In this document: in pieces, positions 10,283-18,237 of the stretch
Position numbering within the stretch: the first letter of the stretch is position 1
Layout: the number at the start of each line of letters is the position of its first letter
From: Eubacteriales bacterium
GTDB lineage: Bacteria > Bacillota > Clostridia > Oscillospirales > CAG-272
Direction of reading: 5' to 3'
DNA: 64,000 nt
Assembly (NCBI GenBank): GCA_045635225.1
Contig: JAZRBV010000014.1
Span: 3,544 to 67,543, forward strand
Position numbers and translations under genes: made by a program
The notes under the pieces: generated by a model
What the model was told of the DNA's origin: nothing
The model's input: only the letters and a program-made list of their open reading frames with translations
Database searches by the model: none

Positions 10283-10293
10283 TTTATGCACCT

Positions 10294-10322
10294 ATTGTAT
10301 CATAGGTTCACACGCGTGTCAA
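10294..10322 (-). promoter_or_regulatory. Sigma-A promoter TTGACA-N17-TACAAT for the citrate synthase/GntR/aconitase operon
   Basis: On the + strand, tgtcaa at 10317-10322 and attgta at 10294-10299, with 17-bp spacing. Confidence 0.75.
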
Positions 10323-10433
10323 TAGGTATTATAAATAATTTTGTAAATATTATATCGGATCGATCGGTACATCGTGTCGATCTGACACACCCGATAAGCA
10401 AAACCGCGCGTTGATGCTTTGGGAAGGCTTACA

Positions 10434-10479
10434 AAAAGGCTTCTCCTTGGGAGAAGCTGTCGCGTAGCGACTGATGAGG
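10434..10479 (+). repeat. REP-like double hairpin
   Basis: gcttctcc-ttg-ggagaagc followed by tgtcgcgtagcgactgatgagg, the same layout as 2997-3041. Confidence 0.65.
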
Positions 10480-10633
10480 TGGTCGATATTCTACTATCAA
10501 ATGAGAGGAGCTATCACACAGTAAATGATGAGTAAAGTGATATTCTGGCGCCCTGACGGTTAAACTGTGATTTGACGATGCGGTGTAAAAGCAATGCAAC
10601 ATAAAGATACCTTATAACCCCTCAAAAAGTAAA

Positions 10634-10675
10634 CAAGAGTAGACAAAATCCGTGTATTTACGGTGTCTACTCTTG
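10634..10675 (-). terminator. Probable terminator downstream of trpS
   Basis: Inverted repeat caagagtagaca...tgtctactcttg. Confidence 0.65.
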
Positions 10676-10725
10676 CTTTTTTGTATTTTAAATTCGGTGA
10701 AAAGTCAGATGATTTTACGAGTATA

Positions 10726-11721
10726 TCAGTTGACGAAGCCGATCTTGCGGCGGACCTTGGACATAGTTTTTCTTGCGTAGTACGCCGCCTCGTCGGCACC
10801 GTTTTTCATAACGGTCTCGAGGTGTGCCTTGTCTGCCATGAGGCGGGCAAATTCCTCGCGCACCGGAGCGAGTGCATCGGCACACGCCTCGCCGACTGCG
10901 AGCTTGAAGTCACCGTAGCCGCGGCCGTCGAACTCGCGCTCGACTTCCTCTACGGTCTTGCCGGTGAAGGCACCGTAGATAGAGATGAGGTTGGATACGC
11001 CGGGCTTATCCTCGGAGTAGCGAACTGCGGTATCGGAGTCGGTGACGGCTCTCTTGAACTTGCGGATCACGTCGTCCTTCGAGTCAAGAATATATACGAC
11101 GGCGTTGGGGTTGGGATCGGACTTCGACATCTTGGCGGTCGGCTCGGCGAGCGACATTATCTTCATCGTATCGGTGGGAATGTATCCCTCGGGGATGGTG
11201 AAGGTATCGCCGTAGACCTGATTGAAGCGCATCGCCACGTCGCGGGCAAGCTCCAGATGCTGCTTCTGGTCGATACCGACGGGAACGAGGTCGGTCTGAT
11301 AGAGGAGAATATCCGCCGCCATCAGGGCAGGGTAGGTAAACAGACCCGCGTTGATGTTCTCGGCGTGCTTCTGGCTCTTGTCCTTGAACTGTGTCATGCG
11401 CGAGAGCTCACCGAACATCGTGTAGCAGTCGAGCATCCAGCCGAGCTCTGCGTGAGCGGGCACGTGCGACTGCACGAAGAGAGTGTTCTTTTTCTCATCG
11501 AGACCGCACGCCATATAGAGCGCGAGTGTCTCGTAGGTGCGGCGGCGAAGCTCTGCGGGAACCTGTCTTACGGTTATGGCGTGCAGGTCAACGACGCAGT
11601 AGAAGGTCTTGTAGTCCTCGGAGAAGCGAGAGAAGTTCTTGATAGCTCCGAGATAGTTACCTATCGTGAGATTTCCCGAGGGCTGTACTCCCGAGAAAAC
11701 TATTTTTTTATCGGCGATCAT
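10726..11721 (-). CDS. trpS: Tryptophan--tRNA ligase
   Basis: SGVQPSG.LTIGNYLGA (HIGH-like), YPALMAADIL, VPVGIDQKQHLELARD and KMSKS. Confidence 0.97.
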   Translation of the reverse strand: MIADKKIVFSGVQPSGNLTIGNYLGAIKNFSRFSEDYKTFYCVVDLHAITVRQVPAELRRRTYETLALYMACGLDEKKNTLFVQSHVPAHAELGWMLDCYTMFGELSRMTQFKDKSQKHAENINAGLFTYPALMAADILLYQTDLVPVGIDQKQHLELARDVAMRFNQVYGDTFTIPEGYIPTDTMKIMSLAEPTAKMSKSDPNPNAVVYILDSKDDVIRKFKRAVTDSDTAVRYSEDKPGVSNLISIYGAFTGKTVEEVEREFDGRGYGDFKLAVGEACADALAPVREEFARLMADKAHLETVMKNGADEAAYYARKTMSKVRRKIGFVN

Positions 11722-11805
11722 ATTACTGTCCTTTCGGGGGCTTTGCCCCGGTTAAAATTCTATGTCAAGATTATACACTTTATTTTGCATTTTGTCAATA
11801 CGTAT

Positions 11806-12813
11806 TTATTCGCCTAATTCATAGAACTGTGACCAGGCGGAGAGGTTGTGCTCGTCGGTGACCTTTACTCTGAAGCCGTCGAAGTCGGCGCGAAGCTTTA
11901 CTCTTACGTCGGTGAGATATTCTCCGTCGGGGGCGGTGACCGTTATTCGCGCTCTGCCGCGCGAGATGACCGCGACGCGCTTTGCGGGAGAGCATTTGAC
12001 CCGCACCTCGTCGCCGTCCTGTGTCAGCGAGTGTATCTCGGGTCCGCCGCTTGCGTAAAACTCGCCGTTTTTGAGCGCGGATATGATCGTTCTATAATCG
12101 AGTCTGTCGGCGTTTATCATAACAAATCCGCCAAAGGAATCCGAGTCGGGCGCGTCAAAGCTCACACGGTTGTGGTTATCGTCGGCGGCGGTGCACCATA
12201 CTCGCTTACCCTCACGGAGCATATCCTCAAATGCGTGCTCGTCCTCGGAGTGACCCATCGTACAGCAGGAATGGTTGCGTATCTCAACGAAGTCAAGCCC
12301 CTCGTATCCGAGGTAGTCCGCGGCACTCTCGAGAGACCAGCCGGGATGGTTATACGCTACCATAAAGCCGAGGGCGTGTCCCAATTTTATCATTTCATTG
12401 ATGCCTGCAGGGGAGTACGTGCGCGTATATTCTCCGTCGTGTCTTATGACGGCGGGGTCGATATTTTTGCAGAAATGATCTGCCACCGAACTATAGCATG
12501 GGGTAGTCAGATTATCAGGCTCGGTTGCGTAAAAATTCATATGCGTCACGCGCAGAAGCGGTGAGGTCATCGTCGATACGGTGGGATCCTCCTTGATCGC
12601 CAGCTCACAGCCGTTTATCGCGAGAAAGGACTCGTCGGTAAGGTGCGAGTTATTGATAATATGCTCGTGATCGGTAAAGGCGACGACCGAGTAGCCGCGC
12701 TTTTTGTACTCCTCCTTGATCCTCTCGGGGGTAGCAGAGCCGTCGGAGTTTGTAGTGTGGCAGTGCAGATTGGCCTTGTAAAAGCTTTTATTTTCGTCGA
12801 GCAGTATTTTCAT
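11806..12813 (-). CDS. PHP domain metallohydrolase
   Basis: KANLHCHTTNSDG, FTDHE, YNHPGWS and AADDNH motifs. Confidence 0.85.
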   Translation of the reverse strand: MKILLDENKSFYKANLHCHTTNSDGSATPERIKEEYKKRGYSVVAFTDHEHIINNSHLTDESFLAINGCELAIKEDPTVSTMTSPLLRVTHMNFYATEPDNLTTPCYSSVADHFCKNIDPAVIRHDGEYTRTYSPAGINEMIKLGHALGFMVAYNHPGWSLESAADYLGYEGLDFVEIRNHSCCTMGHSEDEHAFEDMLREGKRVWCTAADDNHNRVSFDAPDSDSFGGFVMINADRLDYRTIISALKNGEFYASGGPEIHSLTQDGDEVRVKCSPAKRVAVISRGRARITVTAPDGEYLTDVRVKLRADFDGFRVKVTDEHNLSAWSQFYELGE

Positions 12814-13128
12814 TATCTTCTCCTTGTTGATGCATCAAAGCTATCGCCCGCGGCGCGTTATCGTGACGTTCCTTTGAGCCTTGCTCGTATGCACAAGTGC
12901 GTCTCGTATACCGTTATTCTATCATTTCGCGAGCAAAAAATCAACGATTTTGAAGTAAAAAGCAACGGAAAATGGTCGGAGAACAGCTTGTGCTGTCGCT
13001 CTTCATAGAAAATTAACCCCTCGTTACCGAAATTTTCTAAATAATATTTTCTTTTTCAAAGCTATGTTAATAATTTGTTTAAAATTATGTGGTATAATGT
13101 TTCGGTGACTGGTATGTCGCTTGCGCGA

Positions 13129-13240
13129 CTCGATATGCACCTTGCGGTGCTCGATATGCTCGCAGTCGCTCGCTCGATATGCGCGCAGTCGCTCGCTCGA
13201 TATGTTGCTTGCGCAACTCGATATGTCACTTGCGCGAGCG
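13129..13240 (+). repeat. Mini-array of CTCGATATG repeats with hairpin spacers
   Basis: Core at 13129, 13150, 13173, 13196 and 13217. The unit cgatatgcaccttgcggtgc is shared with 3130-3149. Confidence 0.85.
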
Positions 13241-13299
13241 TGATTTTTGATTATTTTGATTAAATGCACAGCCACTTTGTGGCGGAATGGAGTAAATAA

Positions 13300-14265
13300 A
13301 TGGTAAAAGCGGAAAATCTTGTAAAAAGATACGGCTCAAATTACGCCTTGAACGACGTAAGCTTTGAGATAGGCGAGGGCGAGATCGTCGGTCTGCTCGG
13401 CCCCAACGGTGCGGGCAAGAGTACGGCGATGAACATTCTGACCGGCTATCTCTCGTCGACCTCCGGCGCGGCTTACGTAAATGGGATCAATATTCTCGAC
13501 GACCCCATAGAGGCAAAAAAATACATAGGCTTCCTCCCTGAGCAGCCACCCGTCTATCCCGATATGACGGTCTCAGAATATCTTAACTTCGTATACGAGC
13601 TGAAATCCTGCGAGCTCGATCGCGCAGAGCACATCGCCGAGATACTCGCGGTAGTAAAGCTCACCGACGTGAAGGACAGGCTTATAAAGAATCTTTCGAA
13701 GGGCTATAAGCAGCGCGTAGGTATAGCGCAGGCTCTGGTAGGCGATCCGAAGGTCATAATCTTCGACGAGCCTACGGTCGGTCTCGACCCGAAGCAGATA
13801 CTCGAGGTGAGAAACCTCATCAGAACGCTCGGTAAAAAGCACACCGTCATTCTCTCGACACATATCCTCGCCGAGGTGCAGGCGGTCTGCGAGCGAGTCA
13901 TCATCATAAACAAGGGCGTGATCATCGCCGACGAGCGCACCGACGATCTCACCAGAACGATCGAGGACGGCTTCTCCTATGAGGTGCGTATCTGTGCGCC
14001 CCAGACGGAGGCTCTCACCGCTCTTCGTAAGGTGGTTGGCGTGCGCGAGGCGCGCGCTACGGGCGAGCGTGACGGTGATGCGTGCGTATTCGTCGTAGAG
14101 GCGAGCGCGAGCTACGACGTCAGAAAATCGCTCTTCAAGCTCTGCGCCTCGAACGATTGGCCCCTCGTCGGTCTTGCGCCCGTAGGTACAGATCTCGAGT
14201 CGATATTCATAAAGCTCGTCGATCGCGCCGACAAGAAGCCCGATACCTCGAAGAAAAGAAGATAA
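13300..14265 (+). CDS. ABC transporter ATP-binding protein (GldA-like)
   Basis: Walker A GPNGAGKS, signature LSKGYKQRV and Walker B IIFDEPTVGLDP. Confidence 0.92.
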   Translation: MVKAENLVKRYGSNYALNDVSFEIGEGEIVGLLGPNGAGKSTAMNILTGYLSSTSGAAYVNGINILDDPIEAKKYIGFLPEQPPVYPDMTVSEYLNFVYELKSCELDRAEHIAEILAVVKLTDVKDRLIKNLSKGYKQRVGIAQALVGDPKVIIFDEPTVGLDPKQILEVRNLIRTLGKKHTVILSTHILAEVQAVCERVIIINKGVIIADERTDDLTRTIEDGFSYEVRICAPQTEALTALRKVVGVREARATGERDGDACVFVVEASASYDVRKSLFKLCASNDWPLVGLAPVGTDLESIFIKLVDRADKKPDTSKKRR

Positions 14266-14278
14266 GGAGACAAAATAA

Positions 14279-14986
14279 ATGCTTGCTATATTCAAAAGAG
14301 AATTGCGCTCCTATTTTACGGGCGTTATCGGCTACGTGTTTCTCGTAGTATTCCTCGCCGTTGCCGGCGTCGTGTTCTCGTACACGACACTCTTTGCTAT
14401 GTCGGCTGACGTTACGGCGTATTTCACGTTCATGCTTCTGTTCTCGGCGATCATACTGCCGATACTCACCATGAAATCCTTCAGTGAGGAAAGAAAAATG
14501 AAGACCGAGCAGCTTCTGCTCACCGCTCCCGTCTCGCTCCCCTCGATGGTATTCGGCAAATTCCTCGCCTCCTATACCATTTTCGGCGGTGCGACTCTCT
14601 TCAGCTCGCTCTACTTTCTCATTCTCATACCCTATGCACCCTTGAAGACGGCGACCCTCATCGGCAATATCATAGCACTTCTTCTCGCCGGTATGGTATT
14701 CATCTCGATCGGACTGTTCGTTTCGGCACTCACCGAAAATCAGCTCTCCGCCGCAGTCGGCACGATAGCTATCATTCTCGTATTGCTCGGCATAGGTCTC
14801 GTCTCCTCGCTCCTGCCCTCCAGCTACTGGATCAGATTCGTGCTCGATGCGATCTCGGTATTTACGAGGTTCAGCACCTTCACAAACGGTTATTTTGATC
14901 TTGCCTCGGTAGTGTATTATCTCTCTGTATCGGCAGTATTCCTCTATCTCACCGTTCGCGTATACGACCGCAGAAGATATAGCTGA
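14279..14986 (+). CDS. ABC-2 type permease (GldF-like)
   Basis: MLAIFKRELRSYF start, TMKSFSEERKMKTEQLLLTAP, and multiple TM helices. Confidence 0.88.
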   Translation: MLAIFKRELRSYFTGVIGYVFLVVFLAVAGVVFSYTTLFAMSADVTAYFTFMLLFSAIILPILTMKSFSEERKMKTEQLLLTAPVSLPSMVFGKFLASYTIFGGATLFSSLYFLILIPYAPLKTATLIGNIIALLLAGMVFISIGLFVSALTENQLSAAVGTIAIILVLLGIGLVSSLLPSSYWIRFVLDAISVFTRFSTFTNGYFDLASVVYYLSVSAVFLYLTVRVYDRRRYS

Positions 14987-15034
14987 TCTTAAACGAGATA
15001 CAAAACTGGTTTTGAAGGGAAAATACTCAAAAAT

Positions 15035-16546
15035 ATGAATAAATTCAAACAAAAGTTTACATCTTACCTCAAAGGGCGAGATTTTTCGTCCAACGTTACG
15101 GCGACGATGATCATTGCTGCCGTGGTATTTGTAAACATCATCATATACACTCTGACCTCTACTCTCGGTCTGTATCTGTATCAGCCGGAGAAGCTTGATC
15201 TCTCTATTACGGATTCCTCGGACGGAATATTTGAGGACGCGATAAACCACGGACTTACGATCACCGTCACCTTCTGTATGTACGAGGACGAGCTCAGCGT
15301 TCATTCGACGGGCAAGTTCGTCTATGAGACGGCGAAAAAGTTTGCCGAGCGCTATCCCACCCTCTTTAATTTCCGCTTTGTCAACGTGATAACTCAGCTC
15401 GATTCCGAGGGCGAGTTCGTCGATCTTTCGATATATAAATACGACGGACGCGGCAGGGAAAACGCCATCCTCGCGAGCTCGGTAATATTCGAATGCGGCA
15501 ACAACTACCGCGTTGTCACCGATGCGATCACCGGTGCGGGATATGCCGACTTCTTCACGCTTGATTCCACCTACTCTCCGACCTCCTATAACGGCGAGGA
15601 AGCGTTTGCATCTATGTCCCGTTGGGTGCTCACCGACGAGCATAAGGTCGCCTTTTTCACCGTCGGACACGGTGAGACTGCGTCCTTGCATCTCTACAGC
15701 GCGCTCGTCTATGCGGGCTACTACGTAGAGGAGATAAACCTGCGCGACAGCTCTCTCGACGAGGATAAGTTCCTCGCCGATGCGGGACTCGTCGTTATAT
15801 CCAATCCCACGAGCGACATCGAGCGCGCGGTTGAGGGCTCTACGGTGCCCACGGAGATGGAGCGCCTCGAAAAATATGCGGAAAACGGCGGCTCCTTCCT
15901 CGTAACGCTCGACCCCCTCGCGAGAAAGATGCCTGTCCTTACCGAGTTTTTAGGCAGCTACGGCATGAGCATCATGACCGATGCGGAGGGTGCCTCCCTC
16001 GTCGTGAAGGACAGCTATAACGCGATACCCACCGACGACTTTACCGTCGTGGTCGACTACGCCTCGGGGGATGTCGCACAGAGCGTTGCGGCAAATATAC
16101 AGGACAGCGGAAACAGAGTAATACTCCGCAACTGTGCGCCCCTCAGGCTCACGGGCGGCGCCGAGCCTATGCTCGTCACCTCCGAGTACGCCGTAGCCCA
16201 CTCGGGTGAGGACGTCTATGACCGAGAGGGAAGCTATGCCGTTGCCGCACATTCGGTCGGCTCGGACGGCTCTCGCATCTTCTTTATTCCCAGTATATTT
16301 TTCACCGCCGCGGACGCCATGGTCTCGAGCGGATATTCCAACAAGGATTTCATAATGTCGCTTGCGGACGAGTACTACGGCATGGGCGATATGCCCTACG
16401 GCTGTCGCAGTGTCCTCTATGACGATACCACTCTTGAAAATCTCACGATGAGCTCTGTCAGACTCTACGTTGCGATAGCTCTCATCATTCCCGCCCTCCT
16501 TGCGGCTCTGGGCGCAGTAGTCATCATAAGAAGGAGGAACAGATGA
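15035..16546 (+). CDS. GldG-family ABC auxiliary component
   Basis: N- and C-terminal TM helices and the VAFFTVGHGE motif. Confidence 0.75.
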   Translation: MNKFKQKFTSYLKGRDFSSNVTATMIIAAVVFVNIIIYTLTSTLGLYLYQPEKLDLSITDSSDGIFEDAINHGLTITVTFCMYEDELSVHSTGKFVYETAKKFAERYPTLFNFRFVNVITQLDSEGEFVDLSIYKYDGRGRENAILASSVIFECGNNYRVVTDAITGAGYADFFTLDSTYSPTSYNGEEAFASMSRWVLTDEHKVAFFTVGHGETASLHLYSALVYAGYYVEEINLRDSSLDEDKFLADAGLVVISNPTSDIERAVEGSTVPTEMERLEKYAENGGSFLVTLDPLARKMPVLTEFLGSYGMSIMTDAEGASLVVKDSYNAIPTDDFTVVVDYASGDVAQSVAANIQDSGNRVILRNCAPLRLTGGAEPMLVTSEYAVAHSGEDVYDREGSYAVAAHSVGSDGSRIFFIPSIFFTAADAMVSSGYSNKDFIMSLADEYYGMGDMPYGCRSVLYDDTTLENLTMSSVRLYVAIALIIPALLAALGAVVIIRRRNR

Positions 16547-16547
16547 T

Positions 16548-18224
16548 ATGAAGCTGAATATCAAGCGCAACAAGCTTTCCTCCCGACTTATCTCTCTTCT
16601 GACGGTGGTGGGAATACTCCTGCTCTTCGGACTGAACCTGCTTTTGACGAGTGTGGGACTCACTCACACCGTGTTTATAGACACGACACCCGAGGGTCTA
16701 TACACCCTCACCGATGCGATGAAGGAGCAGCTCTCCTTCGTCGACGAGCTCCCCGATGACGAGAGGGAGGTAAGGATCACCTTCTGTGCCGATCCCGATA
16801 CGCTCCTCTCTACGGATACGACGAGAGTACCGTATATCATGTCGCTCGAGCTCGCAGATGAGTTTGACAGGATATCGGTCCACACCGTCAACGTGCTCTA
16901 CAACCCTGCGGCAGTACAGAAATACAAGCCCACCTCCCTCTCGGATATCGAGCCTACCGACGTTATCGTCTCCTACGGAGACAGATACAGAGTTATCTCG
17001 CTCGAGAGATTCTGGGTGCAGAACACCAGCAAGGTCCGCTGGGCGTATAACGGCGAGTACAGAATGGCGTCGATCATTATGTCCGTCACCTCGAAAAACC
17101 GCCCCGCCGCCTATTTCGTCACCAACCACGGCGAGAGCTACTACGACGTGAACGATCCCACCTCGAAGATGAGCCTCGATACCGCGTATCTTTACGATCT
17201 GCTCGGCGAGCGCGGACTTGACGTAAAGACGATAGACCTGTCTGTCGAGGAGATACCCGACGATTGCGTGCTCCTCGTGATAAACGATCCCCGCACAGAT
17301 TTTCTCTACGATCCCGATAAGATAGACTCGCTCGGCTACGTCTCCGAGAGCGAGAAGCTCGACAGATATCTCGTTTCGCGCCACGGCTCGATCATGGTAT
17401 CGAAGGATCACGAGCTCACTCTGCCCACCTTCGACGCCTTTCTCTACGAGTGGGGCTTCGATATTCAGACGGGTATGGTAAAGGACGACGAGAATTATAT
17501 GCCCTCGGCGGGAGGCGATCACTCGAAGATCCTCGGTATGTACAATACCGACGAGGACAGCTACGCCCACGCGATCTACGGTGAGTTTGCCGATCTTCCC
17601 TCGGCACCCGCTATGGTATTCAAGAATACCGGCTACTACAAGTGCTCCTACACTCCCGCCGCCGAGATGCCCGAGGCAGGCACCTATATAGCTTCGCGAA
17701 ACTACGCGTCGCTCTTCCGTACGTCTCTTGCCGCACGCGCGTATGTAAAAGAAGTGGACGGCAGCTTCAATCTCTTCTCCGGTGTGGAGGGAGAGATGCA
17801 CGTCGCGGGCGTTACCACGCGCCTTGAGATGGACTCCTACACCGCGGAGTATAAGTACTCCTATCTCTTCTGCGCACCCAGCAGAAGCTTCTTCTCATCC
17901 GAGCTTCTCGGAAACACCTCCTACGCAAACTACGATATAGTATCCGCTCTCGTTGAGAATATGTCGAGAGTTGACGAATACGCCTCCATCGAGCTTGGCG
18001 GCACCTCGTATAACTCCCCCAACCTCGGCGGTAAAAAGCTCCTGAACGTCTCTATGACCGAGGAGGACGTCTATGAGTACGATTCCGACACCCGCCGCGA
18101 CGAGCTGGTGGTATACGGACTCGGCTCGGGCGAGGTGATCCTGCTCACCGTAATGGTGATGCTCGTGCCCGTCGGCGTGGCAATACTTGGCATCGTTATC
18201 CGCGTAAGGCGCAAAAATTTGTAA
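16548..18224 (+). CDS. GldG-family ABC auxiliary component (second paralog)
   Basis: IDTTPEGLYTLT, AYFVTNHGE and LLVINDPRTD motifs, with TM helices at both ends. Confidence 0.78.
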   Translation: MKLNIKRNKLSSRLISLLTVVGILLLFGLNLLLTSVGLTHTVFIDTTPEGLYTLTDAMKEQLSFVDELPDDEREVRITFCADPDTLLSTDTTRVPYIMSLELADEFDRISVHTVNVLYNPAAVQKYKPTSLSDIEPTDVIVSYGDRYRVISLERFWVQNTSKVRWAYNGEYRMASIIMSVTSKNRPAAYFVTNHGESYYDVNDPTSKMSLDTAYLYDLLGERGLDVKTIDLSVEEIPDDCVLLVINDPRTDFLYDPDKIDSLGYVSESEKLDRYLVSRHGSIMVSKDHELTLPTFDAFLYEWGFDIQTGMVKDDENYMPSAGGDHSKILGMYNTDEDSYAHAIYGEFADLPSAPAMVFKNTGYYKCSYTPAAEMPEAGTYIASRNYASLFRTSLAARAYVKEVDGSFNLFSGVEGEMHVAGVTTRLEMDSYTAEYKYSYLFCAPSRSFFSSELLGNTSYANYDIVSALVENMSRVDEYASIELGGTSYNSPNLGGKKLLNVSMTEEDVYEYDSDTRRDELVVYGLGSGEVILLTVMVMLVPVGVAILGIVIRVRRKNL

Positions 18225-18237
18225 GGAGGCGGAAAAC

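Noticed and set aside
11722-11805. T-box riboswitch upstream of trpS
   Set aside because: The gap is only 84 bp and has no T-box consensus or specifier stem.
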